NCBI GenBank assembly: GCA_025058055.1
Contig: JANXEU010000028.1
Span: 23,711 to 87,710, forward strand
From: Candidatus Calditenuaceae archaeon
GTDB taxonomy: Archaea > Thermoproteota > Nitrososphaeria_A > Caldarchaeales > Calditenuaceae
DNA length: 64,000 bases
Direction of reading: 5' to 3'
Under the pieces are notes generated by a model. The model saw only the letters and a program-made list of their open reading frames with translations. It was not told where the DNA came from and made no database searches. The translations under genes and the position numbers were made by a program. The stretch's first letter is position 1, and the number at the start of each line of letters is the position of its first letter. Below are positions 25,048-33,456 of this stretch, piece by piece.

Positions 25048-25839
25048 ATGAGGGTACAGACACAGGTGCGGAAGCTAAACAGGTTAGTACCGGTTCTCAT
25101 AGGGGCTGCGTTACTTCTTCTCTTATCGAACACCCCGCCTATAGGCAGTGGCTCGAACCCGTTCATCGCAGCACTCTACTTCATCGAGATAGGATCAGGT
25201 CAACCCCTTCTGCACGAAGTTGAGGTCGTAGTGCTCCACTCGATCGACTGGGGAGAACCGAGGCGGGCCAGACCCGGAGAAGCCGTCATCTTCCTCGCTA
25301 GCGAGGTGAGGAGAGTGGGATACGACGGCGAAGTCAAACTGAAGGTACCCAGAGGGAATCACAGTATGTCGGTCTACTGGGCTGATGGGAGGTTCGTGCC
25401 CTTCCGGACTAACATTGTGGTCGACAAGGATCTGCGGGTGATCGTGAAGTTCACCGAGGTCCGTCTGAGACCTGAAGCCTTCACGATGTTGGCCGAGGTG
25501 ACGAGGGGCACGACGACGCTGACCGTCACTTTCAGCGTCTTCCGGCTCAACGACCTCTATTTGGCGCCCCCAATCGTTCGTTACGTCACCACCTCTGGTG
25601 AGTTACGAGCAGTTCCTCCGGTGAGCAGACCCGATGCAGTATCCGTGCTCCCATACTCGATAAGACCGAGGTCCCTGATGACACTCGATTCCGAGTCAAT
25701 GAACTTGGAAGGAGAGGTAGCCCCGACCACCCTCTCGATTAACCTCGAGCTGCCAGGTATCGCGGCAACTATACTTTCCGACAGCTACATCCCTATGCTA
25801 GTTATGGATCACTTGGTGCAGCCACTTGAGCGTGCCTGA
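25048..25839 (+). CDS. Hypothetical secreted/membrane-anchored protein
   Basis: The track ORF 24826-25839 is trimmed to ATG 25048 (MRVQTQVRKLNRLVPVLIGAALLLLLS, signal/TM-like). The rest is beta-rich with no family I recognise. Confidence 0.45.
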   Translation: MRVQTQVRKLNRLVPVLIGAALLLLLSNTPPIGSGSNPFIAALYFIEIGSGQPLLHEVEVVVLHSIDWGEPRRARPGEAVIFLASEVRRVGYDGEVKLKVPRGNHSMSVYWADGRFVPFRTNIVVDKDLRVIVKFTEVRLRPEAFTMLAEVTRGTTTLTVTFSVFRLNDLYLAPPIVRYVTTSGELRAVPPVSRPDAVSVLPYSIRPRSLMTLDSESMNLEGEVAPTTLSINLELPGIAATILSDSYIPMLVMDHLVQPLERA

Positions 25840-26287
25840 GTTCTTCTTCAGCCCGGTGTTCTGGGTCGCGGTAAACGCGATGATCGCCGTCGCCATAATT
25901 CAGATGGTGAGGGCCTTGAGGAGGACGAGGACTGAGACCGAGGTCACCAAAGACCGCTTCGCTGAAGTGAAGGCCCTGCTTCAGTCCGGAGGAGCAGGTA
26001 GGGAGTACGTAACTGACCTCGGCCGAACGTTCATAATGGCGCTGAGGAGGGACGAGAGCCTGGGACTGAAGAGCACGATGACCTTCAGGGAGACAGTCTC
26101 GCTCCTGTCCGCGAAACTCGGGACAGAGGGCTCGTTCGACGACTTGATCAGAACCTTCGAGGCCACTAGGTACGGTGGCTTAGCGCCGGCCGCGGAGGAG
26201 GTTAAAGCCTTTAAGCTTAGAGTCAGGGAGCTGATCGAGCTCCTCGAGCTATCACACTCGCAAGCGCCCGATGGACCTCAACGATAG
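25826..26287 (+). CDS. Membrane-anchored protein with DUF4129-like C-terminal domain
   Basis: 153 aa with an N-terminal TM (VFWVAVNAMIAVAIIQMV), then MTFRETVSLL...TFEATRYGG, reminiscent of DUF4129. It overlaps the upstream gene by 14 nt. Confidence 0.4.
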   Translation: MSVPEFFFSPVFWVAVNAMIAVAIIQMVRALRRTRTETEVTKDRFAEVKALLQSGGAGREYVTDLGRTFIMALRRDESLGLKSTMTFRETVSLLSAKLGTEGSFDDLIRTFEATRYGGLAPAAEEVKAFKLRVRELIELLELSHSQAPDGPQR

Positions 26288-27200
26288 CAGGTCGCGGGTT
26301 TGGACCTATCGGGCCTCCCAACACGAGCCCATCCAGTACCTCGATCGGTAACTCCTCTACCGCTGCAGCGAAGTCACGCGGATCACCTGAGACCGAGAGC
26401 GCGGACGCAACGTCATCTGGTACCGCCTCCTGAACTTCCAACCACCTCCCGGCTCTCACGAGCTGCCTTAATCGCGACAAGAGCTCCTCATCGAGGCCCA
26501 ATTTCCTCGCGAAGCCGACCGACGACCCCGCCAATATCACTGCAACGTACGGTTTCACGGTCTTTAGGGCCTTCTTAACGTCCTTGTGGACCGAGACGAG
26601 CAGCTCGGCCTCAACGAAGACGCTCCTTCCGGTTCTTGCAGCGGAGGACCTCACCAGACTGACCGACTCCCTGAGGTAGGGCATGTTCGCTGAGTTGATG
26701 AGCACACCGTCCCCCACCTCTCCCGCGAGCTCGAGCATCTTGGGCCCTTGGGCCGCGACGTAAACGGGAACTCCCGAAGCGGCTCTGAAGTCCAACCTGA
26801 GTCCACCGTTCAGCGCTTTTCCCGACAGGAGCTCCCTTATCGTCCTCACACAGTTCCCTACCGCTCTGACAGGGTCTCTCCTGAAGTATCCGAGGGCCTC
26901 GAGAGCCGAGACGTCACCTGCCCCTACGCAAAGCATGACCCTGCTGGGAGAGACCTCTGTCAGCGAGGCCGCGACCTGTGCCATCAACACAGGATGAGTG
27001 GCGTAAGGGTTCAGGACTCCAACACCCACAGAGAGTCGCCTCAGGTGGGAGAGGAGGTATGTGGCCGCGACGATGGAGGACCTGTTGAAGTAGTGCTCCG
27101 ATAACCAGACCGACTCGAACCCTACCTTTTCCGCTAGGTAAGACAGAATCCGCAGCGCCCAAAGGGGAAGACGCGGTGCAATCTCGAGGGAGACTCTCAT
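26223..27200 (-). CDS. Luciferase-like (LLM) flavin/F420-dependent oxidoreductase, Mer-like
   Basis: 325 aa with a TIM-barrel LLM pattern (FESVWLSEHYF, VGVGVLNPYATHPVLMAQVAASL, MLCVGAGD). Confidence 0.7.
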   Translation of the reverse strand: MRVSLEIAPRLPLWALRILSYLAEKVGFESVWLSEHYFNRSSIVAATYLLSHLRRLSVGVGVLNPYATHPVLMAQVAASLTEVSPSRVMLCVGAGDVSALEALGYFRRDPVRAVGNCVRTIRELLSGKALNGGLRLDFRAASGVPVYVAAQGPKMLELAGEVGDGVLINSANMPYLRESVSLVRSSAARTGRSVFVEAELLVSVHKDVKKALKTVKPYVAVILAGSSVGFARKLGLDEELLSRLRQLVRAGRWLEVQEAVPDDVASALSVSGDPRDFAAAVEELPIEVLDGLVLGGPIGPNPRPAIVEVHRALASVIARGARSAP

Positions 27201-27454
27201 GTCTGCTGACCCAGCTCTTCGATCAGCGATCGCAACTTCTCAGGCTCCGTCCGATAGGCCAGCTCGAGTAGCAGCTCTAGGACCTCCAACTCCGAGAGCT
27301 TGTTCGATTCGAAGGCAGCGGCCAACCCCTCGCCCTCAGCCGGTGTCACGAGGCTTACGTTGTAGGAAGTCATGACGATGTCAAGCAGTCTCTCAGCGAC
27401 CCGCTGAGCATCGGCCCTAGAGACAAAAATCCTCGCCAGTTCACGACTGCTCAT
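27197..27454 (-). CDS. Hypothetical small acidic helical protein
   Basis: 85 aa with an ATGA overlap to the downstream LLM oxidoreductase. No family recognised. Confidence 0.4.
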   Translation of the reverse strand: MSSRELARIFVSRADAQRVAERLLDIVMTSYNVSLVTPAEGEGLAAAFESNKLSELEVLELLLELAYRTEPEKLRSLIEELGQQT

Positions 27455-27584
27455 CCATGAGATCGTACGAAGGCGCCCATATTAGCCTCCTCACACGGTG
27501 CCGAATTGCTGCGATGGGCAGTGAACGTGGTGCTCGCGGGCGGCCGTCCTCATTTAATAGCACACGAAGTCCATAGTTCTGTCC

Positions 27585-28283
27585 GTGTATGGGTACGTCA
27601 GTCCGAAGGCCGTTGTGAGGGGGATAGTGATGGAGGGCGCTGTGGTTTTAGGGCCCTCGAGGATCGGTGAAGGCTCGATCGTTGATTCCATGGCGACCAT
27701 AGGGTACCCTGCCAGGTCGAAGCTCCTCTCGGTCTCGAAGCCTGAGATCGAGTCTCTCGATGACGTCAGCTCCGGAAGCGAACTGGGTAGGAGGTGCGTC
27801 GTGAGGAGGGGTTGCGTGATTTACGAGGGAGCGTTGCTCAACAACGAAGTCGAGCTCGGACACAACGTACTGATCAGGTCTGGCAGTAAGGTCGGCAGGG
27901 GGACGAGACTGGGGACTGGGACGCAGCTCGACGGAGAGGTCACGATCGGCGAGGAGTGCTCTATACAGTCGATGTGCTATCTGCCTCATCTGACGAGGGT
28001 CGGTTCTCAGGTCTTCATGGGCCCCAACGTGGTGGTGATGAACGACCGCTACCCTCCCAGCGAACGCCTCGAGGGCGCCGAGATATCAGACGGAGCCGTG
28101 ATAGGCGCCGGAGCCCTGATCGTGGCCGGAGTGAGGATAGGCAAGAGGTCGGTGATAGGCGCGGGCGCGGTGGTCACGAAGGACGTGCCGGACGACTCTG
28201 TCGTGCTGGGTTTCCCTGCTAAAGCCGTTTACACTCGCGACGCTTACGACGTCAAGAGGCGATCAGCTCTCAGTCGAGCTTGA
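27585..28283 (+). CDS. Left-handed beta-helix (hexapeptide-repeat) acyl/acetyltransferase
   Basis: 232 aa with repeated [LIV]-G-x-x-x-x hexapeptides across the length (IGEGSIV, VGRGTRLGTGTQL, IGAGALIVAGVRIGKRSVIGAGAVV). Confidence 0.7.
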   Translation: MYGYVSPKAVVRGIVMEGAVVLGPSRIGEGSIVDSMATIGYPARSKLLSVSKPEIESLDDVSSGSELGRRCVVRRGCVIYEGALLNNEVELGHNVLIRSGSKVGRGTRLGTGTQLDGEVTIGEECSIQSMCYLPHLTRVGSQVFMGPNVVVMNDRYPPSERLEGAEISDGAVIGAGALIVAGVRIGKRSVIGAGAVVTKDVPDDSVVLGFPAKAVYTRDAYDVKRRSALSRA

Positions 28284-28932
28284 TCCCGAAGACCGTGCAC
28301 GGTGCTCCGTCGATCTTCTCCGCCCTGAGTGGAGCCAAGATGACGTAGTCGTAGGAGATAGGTTTCCCCGCCAGATCCATGTCCTCGACGATGAGGAACC
28401 TCCTCGAGACCAGCAGCCTCCTGTGGGCGGCCCTTCCCAACTCACGGCGGAGCGGCGAGCTAATGCTGACCGCGTCTATGCCAAGAGCCTTGAGGTTGCT
28501 GAAAGCCGCGACGTAGGAGGCTGCGTCAGGGTGAAGGGAGACGCCCTCGCCGGAGTACAGGCTCGGGTATCCCCATCTGTAGGCCTGCAGGCCTGTCCTG
28601 ATCATCAGCATTCCACACCTCTCGATCCGCGACTCGTGGGCCCTCAGGTCCTCGACCTCGATCGATCCTCCTGGGGCCTTAGGGACCTCCACAACGAGGC
28701 CCGACTCGATCACCAAGTCCTCCACTCTTAGGTCCTCGACTTTCAAACCGGTGTCGTCGAAGTGGTTCGGAGCGTCGACGTGGGTGCCCACGTGGTTACC
28801 CATGCTCATTCTCCAGGAGTTAGACGTGTCGCCTCTCGAGATGCTCCTCACCTGTTCCAGCCTCAGGGGCGTCGTTCCGGGATAGACCGGATCGTCTTCC
28901 TTCAACACGTGCGACAGCAAGTAGACCCGCAT
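28270..28932 (-). CDS. Cyclase-family protein / kynurenine formamidase-like metal hydrolase
   Basis: Motif GNHVGTHVDAPNHF. Start set at the internal Met (MRVYLLSHV) at 28932. Confidence 0.7.
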   Translation of the reverse strand: MRVYLLSHVLKEDDPVYPGTTPLRLEQVRSISRGDTSNSWRMSMGNHVGTHVDAPNHFDDTGLKVEDLRVEDLVIESGLVVEVPKAPGGSIEVEDLRAHESRIERCGMLMIRTGLQAYRWGYPSLYSGEGVSLHPDAASYVAAFSNLKALGIDAVSISSPLRRELGRAAHRRLLVSRRFLIVEDMDLAGKPISYDYVILAPLRAEKIDGAPCTVFGIKLD

Positions 28933-29038
28933 CAATCGAACGCTCGGAGCTCCAGCGTAAAAACGGTCACTGTTCGGCACATCTTTTCCCGACCTACTCG
29001 GAATAGGTTTTTAGCAGATCTCGAAGTGGGGGGACGGT

Positions 29039-29135
29039 GGGGCCGTAGTCCAGCATGGAGTGGACGCCCGGCTTGGGCCCGGGAGACGCGATAAGCGTCC
29101 GGGAGAGGCCGTGGGTTCAAATCCCACCGGCCCCA
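29039..29135 (+). tRNA. tRNA-Pro (anticodon UGG) with one intron
   Basis: Acceptor GGGGCCG/CGGCCCC, D arm GTCC-AGCATGGAGT-GGAC, anticodon arm CCCGG-CTTGGGC-CCGGG, T arm GTGGG-TTCAAAT-CCCAC, discriminator A, no encoded CCA. It is 97 nt against about 75 expected. The best model is a 22-nt intron at 29084-29105 (between positions 43 and 44), giving variable loop AGGCC. Confidence 0.85.
29084..29105 (+). other. tRNA-Pro intron (preferred model, non-canonical position 43/44)
   Basis: Bulge-helix-bulge core: h 29078-29081 (CCCG) pairs with 29100-29103 (CGGG). Bulges are 29082-29084 and 29104-29106. Inner helix 29085-29089/29095-29099 has loop GATAA. An alternative 20-nt canonical model (29078-29097) exists. 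Confidence 0.5.
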
Positions 29136-29332
29136 CTCGCAGGAACACGGAGGCAGTGGCGCTGATCCAGCTAACCGATGTAGCTCAGGGCCCGACCATG
29201 ACCACTTCGTCACTACCTCGCAGACCACTGTCGTCCTCTCTCTGTAAGCCTCGACCTGCGCCGGCAGAGCAGAGACCACACGCCTATCCGAGACGCGCTT
29301 CTGCCCCCAGGGAACCGGGCTGGTCGCCGCGC

Positions 29333-29342
29333 AAAGTATAAC
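29333..29342 (+). promoter_or_regulatory. TATA-like box for the gene at 29366
   Basis: aaagtataac ends 24 nt before the GTG start, consistent with a leaderless archaeal transcript. Sequence-only inference. Confidence 0.35.
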
Positions 29343-29365
29343 CTCTGGACGTGAGTTAGAACGGC

Positions 29366-29848
29366 GTGCAACTCCACGTCGTTAAGGTAGAGTTCCCTGA
29401 GGGCGTGCAGCTCATCCTCGCGCAGAGCCACTTCATCAAGACCGTCGAGGACGTCCACGAGGCCCTGGTCACCTCTTTCTCAGGGATAAAATTCGGGATA
29501 GCGTTCTGTGAGTCCTCGGGTAAGAGGCTGGTGAGGCACTCGGGTACCGACGAGGAGCTGGAGCGGGTCGCGGTCGAGAACGCTCTTCGACTTGGGTGCG
29601 GCCACCTTCTGGTTATACTGCTCAGGAACGCCTACCCGATCAACGTCCTCCAGAGGTTGAGGGAAGTGCAAGAGATAGTCGGTTTCTACTGCGCGACGGG
29701 CAACCCTGTTCAAGTGATCGTCGCCGAGACCGAACAGGGAAGGGGGGTCCTCGGTGTGATAGACGGCCAAACTCCGCTCGGAGTTGAGGGCCCTGAGGAG
29801 ATCAAGGAGCGGAAGGAGTTCCTGAGGAAGATCGGCTACAAGCTCTGA
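29366..29848 (+). CDS. PAE2307-like 'adenosine-specific kinase' family protein (Pfam PF04008-type)
   Basis: 160 aa. LILAQSHFIKTVEDVHEALV...IKFGIAFCESSGKRLVRHSG...GCGHLLVILLRNAYPINVLQRL...GVLGVIDG...RKIGYKL matches my memory of this family. GTG start. Confidence 0.55.
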   Translation: MQLHVVKVEFPEGVQLILAQSHFIKTVEDVHEALVTSFSGIKFGIAFCESSGKRLVRHSGTDEELERVAVENALRLGCGHLLVILLRNAYPINVLQRLREVQEIVGFYCATGNPVQVIVAETEQGRGVLGVIDGQTPLGVEGPEEIKERKEFLRKIGYKL

Positions 29849-29868
29849 GCAGTATTCTGCAGGAGAAG

Positions 29869-30171
29869 CTATTGCCTGACGTAGAAACGGCTCTCGCTCC
29901 CCGTGTACTCCTCCCATTTCACCTCGACCTCCTTCACGACCGCCATCGGAGGGCCTTTCTTGCACCACTCAACCGCCTTTAGGACCGAGCTCTCCGGCCC
30001 CTCGAAGACCGCCTCAACTCTTCCGTCGCTGAGGTTCCTGACCCAACCTCGCAGCCCCAGATCGTCAGCGACACGCTTCATGTGGGCCCTGAAGAAGACG
30101 CCCTGCACCCTACCGGATATCCAGACGTGGGCCCTGACGAGCTTCGTCATCGCACGTCTGATGGGGGCCAT
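29869..30171 (-). CDS. acyP: Acylphosphatase
   Basis: RAHVWISGRVQGVFFRAHMKRVADDLGLRGWVRNLSDGRVEAVFEG is the canonical acylphosphatase signature. The true start is possibly the internal Met (MTKLV). Confidence 0.85.
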   Translation of the reverse strand: MAPIRRAMTKLVRAHVWISGRVQGVFFRAHMKRVADDLGLRGWVRNLSDGRVEAVFEGPESSVLKAVEWCKKGPPMAVVKEVEVKWEEYTGSESRFYVRQ

Positions 30172-30197
30172 GCTTTATCAACTTCAGCGCCCTCGAA

Positions 30198-30905
30198 GTG
30201 CCGGTGGGCCTAGAGTCGGTGGCCTACAGGAAGGTCGTCTACGACGGTGCGAGGTGGGAGCTCCTATCCATGAAGCGCGAGAGGGCGATCGTCATCATGT
30301 CCGCCCTTCACTCGAAAGGAATGACCGACGCGATCGCTTACGGCAGCGTCGCGAGGGGCGACGTGAGGCCCGAGAGCGATGTGGACGTCTTCATACCTCA
30401 CATCGTCAACCCTGAGCTCCTCCAAGTGATAGCGGAGTCCGAGCTCGGTGGATACACGAGGAGGATGGTCGTCCAAGCCACACCGGGATACGTCGTCAAG
30501 GGGTACATCTACCTCGACGAGCTCACTTCCATCTCTTTCCCGCTGATAGAGATGCTACCGTCAGAGCACGAGTTCTACACCGTCGCGGGCAAGATCGAGC
30601 TTGGAGGCCTTCTGTCGGAGCGCAGGGTGCCTGGCATGAACAAGTCGCTTACAGTCGTCGTTCCGGTGGACGAGGGTCACTTGGAGTTCCCAGCGGAGAG
30701 TTCGCCGGATCTCGCGGCCAAGCTGATCGGTTGCGACCCGAGGGCCCTCAGGGAGAGGATCAGAGTGCTGAGGAGGAGACAGGAGCACGGCAGGACCGGC
30801 ATCTACAGGGAGATCATCCTTGAGGGGGACCAGAGCTTCTCGTGGGCACTAAAGAGGCTGATTGAGGAGAACCCAGTCCTCAGAAGGAGGCTACGGTCAA
30901 CTTGA
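30198..30905 (+). CDS. Pol-beta-superfamily nucleotidyltransferase domain protein with extra C-terminal domain
   Basis: NTase motif AYGSVARGDVRPESDVDVFI, followed by about 150 aa that I cannot assign. Confidence 0.5.
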   Translation: MPVGLESVAYRKVVYDGARWELLSMKRERAIVIMSALHSKGMTDAIAYGSVARGDVRPESDVDVFIPHIVNPELLQVIAESELGGYTRRMVVQATPGYVVKGYIYLDELTSISFPLIEMLPSEHEFYTVAGKIELGGLLSERRVPGMNKSLTVVVPVDEGHLEFPAESSPDLAAKLIGCDPRALRERIRVLRRRQEHGRTGIYREIILEGDQSFSWALKRLIEENPVLRRRLRST

Positions 30906-31003
30906 GAGCCCGTTCTGCCATCTCCTGACGTCAGCTCACGAAGCTCGCCGCTGAGGTCCAGCATCGGGATACCTCTATGATGAGGTGCGTCGCTGGTTGT
31001 TGA

Positions 31004-32281
31004 GTGACGGCCCAAGCCGCAGCATCGGGGGCGCTCGTTCTAATCATCCTCCTCGGCGGGACGATAATGAGGAGCAGGTTCCCTAAGGTCCCACTCTGGT
31101 CCGTGATGATGCTCTGCACCGCCGTCACGCTGGTGACAGATCTGGTCCCCGTGGAGGAGGCGATGAGCCTCGTCGACCTCGACGTGATCACCCTGCTGAT
31201 AGGTATGTTCGCGCTGGTGGGGATGGCCGATCGCTCAGGGTTGTTGGACTTCGTCGCGTACTACTTCCTCTCTATGCTCAAAACGACTCGGTCCATCGCG
31301 ATAGGCGCCTCTCTGCTCTTCGGACTGATGTCGGCGTTCTTCGTCAACGACACGGTTGCGCTAATGGGACCGCCGATAGCCGTCACCATCGGAAGGGCCC
31401 TCGGAGGCAGCTACGAGTTCGCGTTCCTGCTGCTCTGCTTCTCCATCACCGTCGGGTCGACGATGACTCCCATAGGAAACCCGCAGAACGTCCTGATCGC
31501 GATACAATCTGGGATGAGGGCACCGTTCCCCGAGTTCCTCCTGATGCTCACGGTCCCTACTCTTCTCTCCCTAGTGATAACTGGCGTCCTGATGATGAGG
31601 CTCTACAGGCTTCCGAACGTCAGGTCCCAGATAGTGGTGTCACCGTGGGAGGCGATCAGGTCTAGGAGGGAGTTCACGCTCGCGGCGGTGGGCGGTGGAG
31701 CTGCAGTCCTTGCCCTCATGGTGAACGACGTCAACGCAGCGCTGGGACTACCCCACGTTACGGCCAGAGGACTCATCCCCTTCACGGCAGCGGCGGCGCT
31801 CTTAGCGTTCACGGAGAACCCCAGAGAGGTCCTCGCGAGGGTCGACTTCGGGACGATATTGTTCTTCATAGGGATGTTCATCACCGTGGAGGGCATCTGG
31901 CGGTCTGGCGTGCTCCAACCAGTCTTCTCGGCCCTCTTGTTAGACAACCCATCGGGGCCCTTAGGGCTCGCTTCACTGACGCTGCTCTCGCTGGTTATGA
32001 GCCAGCTGATCAGCAACGTGCCGTACACGAAGCTCGCGATACAGCAGCTGAAGGAGCTCGGCGTTACTGGTGCCGAGACTGACGTCTGGCTGTCTCTCGC
32101 GGCCGCGGCCACCCTCGCAGGGAACATCACGATACTGGGTGCAGCGTCTAACGTCATCGTCCTAGAGGTCCTCGAAAGCAGGTACGGCTCTACCGTCTCC
32201 TATCTGCGGTTCATGAAGGTGGGCCTTCTCGTAACGGCAGCGACCGTCCCTCCGTTCCTACTCTTCCTTATTCTGCTCTGA
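31004..32281 (+). CDS. ArsB/NhaD/CitMHS-superfamily anion permease
   Basis: 425 aa with about 10-12 TM segments and the motif TPIGNPQNVLIA, plus a second-half repeat (GNITILGAASNVIV). Confidence 0.6.
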   Translation: MTAQAAASGALVLIILLGGTIMRSRFPKVPLWSVMMLCTAVTLVTDLVPVEEAMSLVDLDVITLLIGMFALVGMADRSGLLDFVAYYFLSMLKTTRSIAIGASLLFGLMSAFFVNDTVALMGPPIAVTIGRALGGSYEFAFLLLCFSITVGSTMTPIGNPQNVLIAIQSGMRAPFPEFLLMLTVPTLLSLVITGVLMMRLYRLPNVRSQIVVSPWEAIRSRREFTLAAVGGGAAVLALMVNDVNAALGLPHVTARGLIPFTAAAALLAFTENPREVLARVDFGTILFFIGMFITVEGIWRSGVLQPVFSALLLDNPSGPLGLASLTLLSLVMSQLISNVPYTKLAIQQLKELGVTGAETDVWLSLAAAATLAGNITILGAASNVIVLEVLESRYGSTVSYLRFMKVGLLVTAATVPPFLLFLILL

Positions 32282-32313
32282 CGTTCAACCGGAATCAGTT
32301 AATCACCGACGCG

Positions 32314-33417
32314 ATGCCATCAGGGTTGGAGGATGTGAGGGCCATAGCCGTAGACGCGCTCAGGAGGGCCGTGAGGCTCGTCCCGGAGTCGGGAGTGGAC
32401 CTGATCAACCTATACAGGTCAGTTGACAGCGGAGACCTCGTCTTCGCGGAGACGTCGAGGGAGCTCAAGAGGGAGAGGGCGTCCGGTGAGGTCGACAGCA
32501 AGAGGGTGCCCCTGAGGATCGGCATCGAGGTGGAGAGGAAGTCGGCGGATCCCGGGATACGACGCATCTCATTCCTCGGGAAGATAGTTGAGGCAACGGG
32601 GCACGAGGATCTCCTGAAGAAGCACCACACGATTCACGTCGAGAGGGGGAAGGAGATCGAGGTGATCTCGAGAGAGAGGTTCGAGAGGCTGATCGCTTTA
32701 GCTGAGGCCGGAAGGCAGAGGCGTGGCAGGCCGATGCTAGTGCTCTCGGCCGACGACGAGAGGGCTGCGCTCGTCCTCATCAACAACGAGGGGTACACCG
32801 TCCTCAAGACCTCGGAGAACACCTCTGGGCCCAAGTATCCGGGTGCTAAGGGACAGCCGGACTGGAGGGAGTCACTCGTGAACGAGATGAAGGACGCGGC
32901 GGTGGACGCGATGGAGAGGTTCGGAGCCTCGGAGCTGGTCGTGGTGGCACCTCAATCGCTCGTCGACGGCATCGCCGGTGAATTTAGAAGGGCCCTGTCC
33001 TCAAGAGGAGAGGTGCTGAAGAGAACGGTCCCCGTCTCGGTGGGGGGCTTCGAGGGCCTTCTGGAGGTCATCAGGAGAGGGGGGCTTGGAAAGGACCTGA
33101 GGCCGCTCTACGACGCCCTGCTGGTGGAGAGGGCTCTGAACTTAGCCTTCGAGGAACCCGGATCGTCAGCGTTCGGGCCCGTCGACGTGCTCAGGATGAC
33201 CAGAGAGGGGAAGGCCGGCCTGATACTGGTCGCGGAGGATCACATCTGGAGGAACTTGGAGAGCGCCGAGCTCGACGAGGTCCTGAGGGGCGCCGAGTCA
33301 GGTAGGTACAGGCTCAGGGTAGTGGGGGCAGGGGGTGTGGCATCTGAGAGGGTGACGGCACTGGGAGGGATGGTGGCCCTCGACAGAGCCCTCACCGCGA
33401 GGCTGCCGCCGGACTGA
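32314..33417 (+). CDS. pelA: Pelota (aDom34) mRNA-surveillance/ribosome-rescue factor
   Basis: The N-terminal VRLVPESGVDLINLYRSVDSGDLVFAET, RIGIEVERK and FLGKIV patterns are followed by C-terminal eRF1-like domains (FGPVDVLRMTREGKAGLILVAED, TALGGMVAL). The start may be a few codons downstream. Confidence 0.75.
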   Translation: MPSGLEDVRAIAVDALRRAVRLVPESGVDLINLYRSVDSGDLVFAETSRELKRERASGEVDSKRVPLRIGIEVERKSADPGIRRISFLGKIVEATGHEDLLKKHHTIHVERGKEIEVISRERFERLIALAEAGRQRRGRPMLVLSADDERAALVLINNEGYTVLKTSENTSGPKYPGAKGQPDWRESLVNEMKDAAVDAMERFGASELVVVAPQSLVDGIAGEFRRALSSRGEVLKRTVPVSVGGFEGLLEVIRRGGLGKDLRPLYDALLVERALNLAFEEPGSSAFGPVDVLRMTREGKAGLILVAEDHIWRNLESAELDEVLRGAESGRYRLRVVGAGGVASERVTALGGMVALDRALTARLPPD

Positions 33418-33456
33418 AGCACGGTTTTCTTTAAGCAGAATGATGCTAAGACCGAG

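Noticed and set aside
29177-29192. tRNA-like fragment GATGTAGCTCAGGG as a split or half tRNA
   Set aside because: There is no matching 3' D-stem (GAGC), anticodon arm or acceptor complement nearby, so it is only a short resemblance.
28932-29458. Minus-strand ORFs 28932-29279 and 29213-29458, and plus-strand ORF 29060-29341
   Set aside because: They read through tRNA-Pro (the GRWDLNPRP-type translation of a tRNA antisense) and the adjacent non-coding stretch.
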